Positions 46,400 to 57,307 of a stretch of DNA of 64,000 nucleotides are shown piece by piece. Under the pieces are notes generated by a model. That model had not been told where the DNA came from and made no database searches. It worked only from the letters and a program-made list of their open reading frames with translations. The DNA comes from Vitrella brassicaformis CCMP3155 (lineage: Eukaryota > Protista > Chromerida), in assembly GCA_001179505.1 (NCBI GenBank), contig CDMY01000144.1, forward strand, positions 62,001 to 126,000, in the 5' to 3' direction. Made by a program: the position numbers and the translations under genes. Within the stretch, counting starts at the first letter, position 1; each line of letters starts with the position of its first letter.

Positions 46400-48872
46400 C
46401 GTCTGTCCGTCTGTCTGTCTGTCTGTCTGTGTTGGTTTGCCCACCTCGCCCCGCCTCCGTCATGGCGGTGCAGCCGCCTCGCAGCCAATCGACCAACACA
46501 CACACAGCAGCAGCAGTAACAGCGCCACAGAGGCAATTTTGGCAAAGAGCATCTCTGCATGCAGTCCTTACCTGGCCTCTCGCGAACCCTTCGGCGGCCA
46601 TATAATCAGTGTTGACCGCCCGGATCGGCAGCCGTGTTAGTGTTGGGGTTTCAGGGTTAAAGGTCGCGGCGGCCAGGATACGCCCCCACTGCCGACTTAC
46701 CCCGTTTCGGCCACCCGTTTCGTGAAAGACGAAGAGCCGTGAAGTCCTCATCCCATTGCTTCCATCCCGTTGATCGGATTCGGATCCCGATGGCTCTCTA
46801 TACCTGGTCGCTCTGCATCGCCCTGATCCTCTGTCAGCTGTGTCAACAAGTCTCCTCGTCTCGTGTCGCGGTGGGGGATCTGGTGAGCTGCCCACAACCG
46901 CCCGAGGACCCCCCTGAGGAGCCAATCGACATCAGGTGGATAAGAACAGATATAGACGGTATACCTTGCTGGTCTTGGCCGCTGCAATAAATGCGTCGAT
47001 TGCAGTTCTGTGAAGGTCCCTGAGGCGTTCAGGAAGCGCATCCAGGCGAACCTCAGGGGCAAAGACACGCTCGGTGTAGTCTTGCGTCTCGAAGGTTTTA
47101 GGCGCAATCTTGAGGTGTCACTGCAGGAGGTATGTATTCCGAAGCGACCGACGCTAGATTGACCATACGACAACACTCAGACGTCTCCCTCAGGTCGAGG
47201 GGCTGGACGTGACAGGTGGTCAATGCCGTTTGGATATCGAACGCTGGTCGGGGCCGCGCACCTGCTCCTTGGCGATGTATGTGCATGACCGAGAACACAA
47301 GCTGTCAGCCCTTTTATGCATTCTTGCGTCCAGTCTGAAGAAGGCCGACAAGCTGAACGGGAACACCCTCATGGTTGCGATGCTCTCATGGATTGACCAG
47401 TTTTCGCCTGCCTTCGGCTGCAAAGAGCTGACAATTCTTGACGCCAGCAGCATCAAGGACATGTATGTGCTCTCAAGAGCAGGTACGCGCAGATGATGCA
47501 CAGGCTCTGACATGCACATCGATCCGTTCAATTCGTTGGCATGTGCATGTCAGGCTTCTACTATCAATCCTTTGGCTTCCAGCATGCCCCTCGGGCGAAC
47601 CAAGACGGCATCGAAAGCTGCAAAAAGATGATCAGCTCTCTTTTTGACAGGAAGGACAGTCTTCCAACCGCCGAATTCAATCTCGTCAAGACCATCCTGT
47701 GGGCGGCTATGGAGTACGAGAAGATGGGCAGGATCTGGAAGGAGGTTCTCGACGACAACATTAATGATGGCGCCGCCACACTCGAGCCAGTGGCACTCGA
47801 GCAGCTCCGCAACAGAACGGTCGAGGCCGTAGAGCAGGAGAGCGGCTTGAAGAAGGAGATGCCGCCCTGGCTGCGCATAGTGTTCGACATCCTCAAGGCT
47901 TGGCCGGAAGTCGAAGAGATGACTCTTGAGTGCGTGAAGAAGCGAGAGAGGATTGCTGGCGGCCCGCAAAACCCCCAAGCCGATCTGCTGCTGCCCCATC
48001 TGGCCCCATCAGTGACCATCGACCGCAGCTACCCCAAAGGCAGCACGGCCCACCAGGTCATTACATGGACTCAGTACGGGCTCAGCTGCCTTGATTGATG
48101 GTACAAGTGTGTGTCTCTCTCCTGGTGTGTGTGTCACCAAACAGATCACGTGTCTCATTCAGTCAGCCCAGCTGGTACTCGTGACGAGCGGAGACAAAGA
48201 GGTGCTCCGGGAAGAGATGGGGGAAAACCCGTCCCTCAACCTGCTCGAATACAGCCTCCCTGACGACGCGCAGCCATGCCTATTCGCAGTCGCGAGGGGT
48301 GTGCGGCAGCTGAACGACACACATGCCTACAGCCTGGTGGAAGAGTTTGCCCCGCAGCTCCTGCAGGAGAGCGGGAAGAGGCAAAAGAAGAGGAAGCAGA
48401 AGACGGATGACACTCAAGAGGAGGAAGCAGAGGAAGCGAGGAGAAGCAAGGCACAGAAGTATTAATGGTAGAAACCATGTGAGACACGAATCATCCGGGC
48501 CGCAGACGGATCGAACTCGACGGCCGGGCCACCTGCCTCTTCGTGTGGGTTGAGAGTTGACCTTTCATGACTGACCCGCAGTGACGGAGCGACGGCAATT
48601 AATGCGTTTCTTCGAGCAATAAAACGTGACCAGCGAGACACGCGGCACGCCCCGAACGCGTCTCTGCACCTTTTGCATCCACTACCCGACAGCCTGCCAA
48701 GATCTCACCAAACACGGACGGATGATGATGGCGCCGCGAAGGCAACTCGCCAGGACGACGTCTATCGAGAGGACGTCGTTAAAGACGATGCAAACGGCGG
48801 ATGAAAGGTCCCCTGCGGCAGCAGCCGTCAAACCAACGATTATTACGCTGCAGCTCGTATCCTGGCCGCGGC
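46400..48872 (+). repeat. Copy 2 of the duplicated locus (inverted relative to 11232-13880)
   Basis: Direct sequence comparison with copy 1. It lacks the ~175 bp upstream and ~90 bp last-intron segments present in copy 1. Confidence 0.92.
46790..48804 (+). CDS. Signal-peptide protein with GNAT-acetyltransferase-like core, copy 2 (apparently intact, ~490 aa)
   Basis: Exons about 46790-46935, 47006-47129, 47194-47482, 47554-48056, 48145-48459 and 48693-48804 stay in frame. Leader MALYTWSLCIALILCQLCQQVSS. Core SSLKKADKLNGNTLMVAMLSWIDQFSPAFGCKELTILDAS...GFYYQSFGF resembles GNAT motifs A/B (inference). Confidence 0.65.
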
Positions 48873-49217
48873 CAGCGATGACTGTGGATGGGCGGTTTCA
48901 GATCTCAATAGTCCTTACAGAGCGTTATGAACAGGCGGGCACACATGGCATGGTCAGAAAGCGACGAACGAACAGAGGACATCCACATGTAGAGAAAGCT
49001 GCCTGCATGGCTTCGATCTGCGGAAAACATCTGCTGCTGCCTCCAGTATAGACACACACACACAGAGTGTACGTACAGATAAAGACGCCCCAGCTCTTGA
49101 AAGCACAGCAAAACCGCAATTAATGCATCAGTCAATCAATCAATCAAAGCGGCCCGGCCGCACACACAGCGCAATAAGAAGGAAAATTGGCCGCCTGTCT
49201 GTCTGTCTGTCTCTTTG

Positions 49218-52200
49218 TCAGTCGATGCTGACGAGTTTGAGTGCCATGTTTTGAAACGGCTTGAGCTCGATCCACAGCGGCCCGCCTCCGCTGTGGCACG
49301 ACCAATACGGGTCGTGGCGGTTGTAATCCTGACACACACACACACACGTGGCGTGTATGCACCAGTCCATTGCATTGTCTGCCGGTGGTGCTCACTGCAC
49401 TGACATGTATGCCAATGTATTTCTCGTCGATGGAGTTGTAGATGACCTGCCACAGGCCGCCGCACGGCACGTGTATCTCGCAGTGGCACTTGCTGCTGAA
49501 CGGCGCCTCGCTGCGGATGAACACAATGTCGTTCAAATGGTCACGGGGGTCGCCGCTGTCCCAACCTGCACACACACATAGCCACGCACCCATGTAGACG
49601 AATGAATGAATGGATGCACGTGTGTGGCATCGATGGAACACGCTGACCTTTGTCTGATCCGAAACGGATGATGGAAAAGAATTTGAGCTCATTGTTGCTG
49701 CCGTTCCGAATCTGCAACGACACACACCACACACACACAACACACACAGAGAGGCTTCCCCATAACCTGCACCGACCCCCCAAAATGGCCGACCATGGAT
49801 TTGCTGTCGTGGCGCCACATGGCGGGTTCGTTCTGGGAGATCATGTTAAGGTCGTGGACGTTCTGAATCATCTGCTTCTGGTGCAGGTGGGCGTGGTCGC
49901 CCGTCTTGCCCCAATCCATGCAGCCAGGCGAACCGTCAAACATGATTTCCTCGCCAAACTCGTCACCCTGACGGCGATGGAAACACATTCACACACACAG
50001 AGAGGGCGATGGGAGATGTCTCTTCATGTGCATCAACCACGGTGTGGGCTCACTTGGAAGATCATGGGCACTCCTGCTCTGAACCAGCACAGGGCGGCCA
50101 TGCCGACCAGCTGCACATGGTTCTTGAACTCGGTCAGCAAACGGAGCTTGCCTGATCAGGGGACGACAAGACAAGACAGACAGACGCGTGTGTGCGTGTT
50201 GATGTGTGGTTAGTGTGGGTGCCGACCGTTTGAGCATTCGTCGTGGGTGTTGTATGCGTTGACGTACTTCTCCTCACTCCTGTCGTGGATCAACATCTCA
50301 ACATGCTGGATCAGCCGATACTCCACAGCTGCAGTAATGGGCAGACAGACAGACAGACAGGCAGACACACCCACACACAGACATGTGGTCATGATGCGCA
50401 CACACGCACACACACACGTGTATCTGGTCTTGCCCCTCCCCTACTGGTTCTGATGTAGTTGCGCATTCTGTGCATCTCGCCGAGGTTTTGGACGTAGCCA
50501 AATCCAGCACCACCCTGCCCAACCATTGACACACACAGACCCACACCGATTATGTACGTATCCTTGTACGGGTGTCGGCTTGCTGGCTGACCTTTTCGAC
50601 AGGCACTGCGAGCCTCCTGAGGACCCTCCTAGACTCCTCGGCAATGGTCACAAACGGCGGGGCCGTGTGAGCCAACCGACTGTGCAGATCCCTGAAGACA
50701 TAACACGCATACGGAGAAATGGAGAATGTCAAGGGAGTCCCGTGTGCAGCGCCGAGAGGGAAAGGCGTACCGTACCTGTAGAAGTGGATTGTGTCGAGGT
50801 CGATGACTTCGCTGAGTTCGTATCCGCTCATGCCGATCTCGTAGAAGCCCACACCGTTGAGCAGGTCCCAGTCCTCCTGCCGCATACGACTCTTGTCATT
50901 CTTCAGCGGCCACCTAAACACACACACACACACAGGCAGAAACATACACACACGGTCATCTGTGTTGGCTGGTGTGTCTTGTGTTGTGTGTGTGCGCGTG
51001 TGTGTGTGTGTGTGTGCTGACCAGTCCCACTCTCCTCTGTCATAGTCGAGGAACAGCTGTGACGACACCGCGTCCAAACGGGCGCCATCGATACCTACAA
51101 ACGCCACGCCACACTCACATGTCGACACATGCAGCGGCCAGCGTGCATTACGTTGCATCCTTCCTTTCTCAGTGTGTGTGTGTGTGTGTGTATATGTGTG
51201 AGTGAATGGGTACGTACCTAGTTCCCTGTACATGTATGTGAGGACCCCGATGAGGTAGTTGCGCACGAACTCGTTGCTGAAGTTGTACACGCGCGCCTTC
51301 CACTCGTTGTTCCACCCCTTGCCCCCAGAGTGGTGGAACAGGTCAGTGCCGTCGTAGCTCGACAAACCGCAGTCCCAATCCTGAACATTCACACGCAGAA
51401 ACGGCCTGCGCGTCTGTATGTGTGATATATGTGACGGCATGTAGGTCCGCACCTGAATGCCGTGGCCGAGTGGGACGTCGGCAATGACGCCAATGCCATT
51501 CTCGTGCAGCGAGTTGACGAGATACTTGAAGTCGTCGATGGTGCCGTGCCGCTCACTCACGGCGTAGGGACACCCAACCAGGTAGCCCCACGACTCTGAC
51601 AATGACAAAGTGAGTGAAGTGACACCAACACACACCAACCCAAAACACGCGCATACGCGTGACCCGGGGGAAGGCAGGCGAGTGTGTGTATTTACCTACC
51701 GTAGAGTGGGCTCTGCATGAAGGGCATGATTTGGACGTGGCTGAACCCCAGGTACTTGACGTGCGGCACCAGCTTGTGGGCGATGTCGCGGTAGTTGCCC
51801 TGCCAGAAACTGCCCAGGTGCACCTCATAGATGCTCTTCAACACACCAAGGCCGGCCGTCTGAGCGAGCAAAGCACCACGGTGTGCCACACATCACTCCC
51901 CCCACGTGTGCGTGGGCCGGGCCCCCTTGGGCACGCACCTTTTGTTCGCCATCAGCCTCGTCGCTGTCCGTCTTGGTGTCGACGATGTGTTTGTGCGTCC
52001 ACTCGAATCGGTCAGGGTCGCCCACCACAGAATTGAAGTTGCGACTGCCATCAGCGCGGAACTCAGACTGACCAGACAGACCCGCACGCACACCACACCG
52101 CACCACCGTGTTGCCCAGTGTGTGTCTGCCCTGCCCTGCCCTGCCGGCCATACCGCGAGTTGGACAGAGAATGGGTCGATGCGTCCCATTTCGTATCTGT

Positions 52201-52844
52201 TGGGGAGGTAGCCCTTGTCGTTGATGATGTGGTACTTGTACTGATGATAGGTGAGGTCCTCCCCCACCTCAAGCTCCCACACGCCGTCACGCGTCCAATG
52301 CAGCGGCTCACCCTTCTGCCAATTGTTGGCTGATCGATGGACAGACAGTGGCAGGGGAGACAGACAGACACAGACACAGTAGGTCTACGCTCAATGGAGG
52401 GATGTTTGTGTTGTGTTGTTATTGTATTGTGTGTGCTGTATATGTGTGTTTGTTTACTGACCATCTCTGAGTAGAAAGACGTGTGTGGCTTCAGGCGCAT
52501 ACACCCGGAATGTGGTGGTCTTCTTCTCGCCGTCAACGTGGGCGCCAAAGAACTTGTACGGATAGTCCTGTATGCACACAGCCACAACACACCAACCACA
52601 CACAAACATACATTCAACCGCACCACATGCACACTACGCTGCTCTTGGCCAGTGCTGTGCTGCCTACCCTCCTGAGGGTCTCTTCGCCCATCTCCTGCAC
52701 ATCCTCCTCCCCCTGCACATGCCCTGCATGATGCGGATCTATGCCATTCTCGTCGGCTGGTGCAGGGGACGCCAAAGCATCTCCCTGATCTTTGCTTGTA
52801 GCCGGCGGGTGCTCCTCTGACGCCGCTATGGTGATCTTCGGCAT
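49218..52844 (-). CDS. glgB: 1,4-alpha-glucan branching enzyme, bacterial GlgB (GH13_9)-like, intron-rich
   Basis: CBM48-like FGAHVDG..FRVYAPEA and GVWELEV..YKYHI. Also SIYEVHLGSF, LGFSHVQIMP..SWGY, YDGTDLFHH, GIDGARLDAVSS (nucleophile), IAEES (acid/base), NTHDE, and PMIFQGDEFGE. Confidence 0.85.
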
Positions 52845-52910
52845 TGTGAATCAAGAGACCTTCAGTGGGCTAAACAGAGGATGTAAAAACGTTCCGTGAA
52901 ACCGCTCTAT

Positions 52911-55900
52911 CCAACCGGAGATCCCAACCGGAGATCTACGAGCGTTGGTTTCGACAACCGCAGCTCTCCCCACGCTCCCAGGCTTTCTTGCCTCTCCTCT
53001 CGCTGTCCTTCTTCTTCTCCTTCTTCTTCTTGCTCTTCTCTCTTTCTCGGTGTCTTTACTGGCGACTGTTCAGTCGCTCCTGGGTGTCGCGTCTGCTCAC
53101 ACGCCCGTCAGGTACGCCAAGACAGTCACGAAGGCAGACAAGCAGCACGAGATCTCTCCCTTGGTGCTGTGTGCGCTTCTGCGTTTCAGGTTTGTTATTA
53201 GTCTGGTGGGTCTGAGATGGCCGACACGGCCGTCGAGGACGGCACAGAGGCCAACAAGGCCGAGGCCACTGACAGCATCGAGTGGTGAGACGGGTGGCTC
53301 GACGGGCGAGGCCAAACAGCCGTCCGCCGAGGCGAGCAGCAGTGGCGTTGGTTCATCAGAGAGCGCGTGTGCACCCGGCAGCAAGAGAAAGGCATTTTGG
53401 GCTGCTGGGAACAGATGGAGGTGAGAGAGGAGGCCGGGCAGCTGCATGTGGGGATGGTGAGACGCAGCATGCATGTGGGTCTCAATTGTCCTGTTCTCTC
53501 CGTGCGTGTAGGTGGAGGCGGTGTTGCCTCGCTCTCAGAGGGAGCGAGGCGCGGACCCACATCGGCAGACCCACATCGGCAGACACACACACTGCAAGGT
53601 GAGTGGCCGCAACCAAGATGAGAGATACCATGGCCATTCTCGTCCTCTGGGCACAAGTGTACGCATGTGTTTTTACAGATGACGTCAATTGGATCACGAG
53701 AACGAGAGACGCATCCATCCCTGCTGCATGCCATCCACCTTTCATCTGCGCGGTGGCGCCTTCACTGGCTCGTGTACGTACGAACCTTGCATGACGTGAT
53801 GTGACGTGATGTGTGTAAGTAGGATGTCCGTGTGTGTGCATGTGCCCAGCCGGAGAGGGGCTGGGTGGGGTTCCGAAGGCAGAAAATGGTGTACAGAGAG
53901 GTTCATTTGATGACACTGGCTTCGGCTGCGTGTTGTTCCGTTCTTCTTGCTGTCCTACAAGCATGGCCTGCTCTTTCTCCATCTCTCTCCCTCTCTGCTT
54001 GAGTCTGCCTGAGTCTGCCTGTCTGTCTGGCTGGCTAGTCCCTTGACGTGTGTGTGGTCGTGGCGCTAGTCCTCACAAGGGTGCAACCGCTGCTTCTCAG
54101 AGGCACTAATGAGACACAGTGCTTCTGAGATACAGCGGTTGGACCTTGTGAGGACCGCACACGACCAACACACACATCCACACACACACCCTCTGTCGTC
54201 ACAGCACACAGACACCCTTGCGTGTCTGACGACTGACTTACTCGACTGGTTGCTTCTTGCTGCCTCTCTCTCGTCTGCTGTGTTGGCAGGGGTCAGCCAA
54301 CGCAGTGCAGACGAGAGCGCTTCTGAGATTTCTCCTTGCACAACACAGAGCAGACGAGAGAGAGGCAGCAAGAGAGCTTTTTGGCCTCTGTCGGTCCACT
54401 ACCACTTCACTGAGGGCTCAAAACACCCTCGCGGCCGCCCTTAATGTCTCGGCTGCCGCTGTCGTAGAGGGGTGGTTTTGGGGTTAGGGGGCGATGGGCG
54501 GGGGCAGCGGCACCATGCATGGAGAGGGAGGGGTGGAGGGGTGTTTAAGGAGTAGGGAGGATGTTGAAATGGCGCTAGCTTGAGTGTGACAAACTCAACA
54601 TCCCGCGCCGTTTTAACGTCCTCCCTACTCAACCAACACCCCTCCACCCCTTCTTCTCCTTACACACAGTCAGTGTCCCCACAGCGATGCTGCGGAAGCG
54701 GCGAGATGAGCCGAGCTCGGCACTTAGACAGAGACAGACTGACTGACTGACTGACAGAGAGACAGTCAGGGAGCGGCAGCGATGCTGCGGAAGCGGCGAG
54801 ATGAGCCGAGCTCGCTCGTCCTGCCACTTCATGTAGCACCCCTGCCGCTTCCTGACTGTCTCTCTGTTTGGTGAGTGCGCCAATGTCGGGCGGCAGCCAC
54901 GGTCAAGGCCCATCCGCAGTCTGAGAAGCAATGGGCCACCACACACACACACACACACACACACCACACGGGTGGAACAGACAGACAGACAGAGAGAGAT
55001 CTACGAGCGTTGGTTTCGACAACCGCAGCTCCACGCTGCAAGGCTTTCTTGTCCATCCTCTCGCTGTCCTTCTTTCTCCTTCTTCTTGCTCTTCTTTCCT
55101 TCCCGAGATGTCTCTGCTGGCGACTGTCAGTCGCTCCTGGGTGGGTGTCGTGTCTGCAGAGCTCAGCCGCCCGTCAGGTACGCCAAGGCAGTCACGAAGA
55201 CACACGAGCAGCACGAGATTTCTCCCTTGGTGCTGTGTGCGCTTCTGCGTTTCAGGTTTGTTATTAGTCTGGTGGGTCTGAGATGGCCGACACGGCCGTC
55301 GAGGACGGCACAGAGGCCGACAAGGCCGGGCCACGACGGCGCCGAGTGCTGTGACGGGTGGCTCGACGGGGGAGGCCAAGCAGCCGTCCGCCGAGGCGAG
55401 CAGCAGTGGCGCTGGCGCATCAGAGAGCGCGTGTGCACCCGGCAGCAAGAGAAAGGCATTTTGGGCTGCTGAGAACTACTGAGAACCTGAGAACAGATGG
55501 AGGTGAGGGAGGAGGCTGGGCCCCTTTGCGCGGGGATGTGCATGGCGCATGCATGTGGTTCTCAATTGTCTTGCTCTCTCCGTGTGTGCAGGTGGAAGAG
55601 GCGTTCTCATGGTGAGCAAGGGGTGGACCCACACTGGCAAACACACACGATAAGGTGAGTGGCCGCATCCAAGATGAGAGACACACGACAGATTCTCTTC
55701 CTCTGCCGTGCACGTACGCATGTGTGTTGTGCAGGTGTTGTTGGTTGGATGATGAGAATGCATGCAAAGAAGACGTCCTCGTCTGCGGCAAGGCATCCGT
55801 CCCTCATGTGCGTACGAACTTTTCGTGATGTGGCGTGTTTGCATGTGTGCAGTGGGGGAGGGGGGTGGGGGGAGGGGTGGAGTTTAGAAGGCAGAAAATG

Positions 55901-56960
55901 GTGTACAGGGAGGTTCATTTGATGACACTCACTTCGGCTGCGTGTTGTTCCGTTCCTCTTGCTGTCCTACAAGCATGGCCTGCTTGTCCTCCATCTCTCT
56001 CTCTCTCTCTCTGCTTGAGTCTGCCTGTCTGTCTGTCTGTCTGGCTGGCTGGTCCCTAGACGTGTGTGTGGTCGTGGCGTTGAAACCGACTCAGCGGCAG
56101 TCCTCACAAGGGTCCAACCGCTGTTTCTCAGAAGCACTGGACCCCCTACACACCACACCCACTGCACACAACACACACATCCACACACCCACCCTCCCTC
56201 AGCACAGCACACAGACTGCGTGTCTGACGACTGACTTACTCGGCTGATTGCTTCTTGCTGCCTCTCTCTCCTTTGCTCTGTGTTGGCAGGGGTCAGCCAA
56301 CGCAGAGAAAAGTCGCAGCTGCTCATTGGCACTTTTTGGCCTTAGCCTGTCCACTACCACTTCAGTGAGCAGCTGTGACGTTTGACTCTCAGTGAGACTC
56401 TGTGCCATTTGATGTCCCCCACACTCACTGAGAGCGTGCCCCGTGGTGTGCGCCGCGCGAACCTTTTGAGGAGTGTCATACTCCTGCCAATGGGTGAGTG
56501 TCGGGCTCACCATCATGGCTGCACGGGGCTTAGAACGCCCCCGCGGCCGGGCGGTCTGCGGTGCGGCCTGTTGCAGTGCTCCGTCACGGCGGGCCGTTTC
56601 GAGAGAGCCAGGCACTTAGACAGAGAGACAGACTGACTGACAGACAGTCAGGAAGCGGCAGGGTGCTGCAAGAAGTGGCAGGACGAGCTCGGCTCATCTC
56701 GCCGCTTCCGAAGCATCGCTGTGGGGACACTGACTGTGTGTAAGGAGAGGGAGGGGTGGGATGGGGTGAATATATCGTAGGGAGGACGATATATCGTAGG
56801 GAGGACGTTGAAATGGCGCGGGCGTTTGTCAACCGTTTTGAGTTGAGTGTGTGCGCGCCAATGTCGGGCGGCAGCCACGGTCAAGGCCCATCCGCAGTCT
56901 GAGAAGCAATGGGCCACCACACACACAAACGGGCGGAACAGACAGACAGACAGACAGGCA
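52911..56960. repeat. Degenerate ~2 kb tandem duplication (units ~52930-54995 and ~54997-56960) with gene remnants and internal inversions
   Basis: Both units begin GAGATCTACGAGCGTTGGTTTCGACAACCGCAGCTC and share long blocks. Both contain a frameshifted + strand remnant (MADTAVEDGTE...SKRKAFWAA) and a - strand remnant (..ALADPCQH..EREAARSNQ). Confidence 0.88.
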
Positions 56961-57307
56961 GACACGGGCTTCTCTCTCCCTCTCTCTCTCTCTCTCTCCT
57001 GCTTGGTTGACGGTCTTGTCGTTTTCCTGCGTGCGTGGATTGCGTCTCGTTCTGTCTCACGTCTTCTTGCCAGCTGCTGTGTTGCCTCTGTCTGCCCTTG
57101 TTCGTGATGTAGAAGTGTGGATTGGATTGGATTACATGAGCATGGTGGACCATGTGGTGTGATGTGTGTATGTTTATGTTGATATGGAAGGAGGGACCTA
57201 CTTATCTGTGTGATGTCCTTGCGTTTAATGAACGGCTTAGAACACCACAATGTTCGCTGCAAGAATGAACCATTGATTGAGTCAGGTCAGTGGGTCGGTC
57301 ACGTCGG

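Noticed and set aside
49218-52844. Bacterial contamination as the source of glgB-like (and HK, sigma, engB) sequences
   Set aside because: All are interrupted by spliceosomal introns with the same microsatellite style as VPS29 and RPC8, so they are native nuclear genes.
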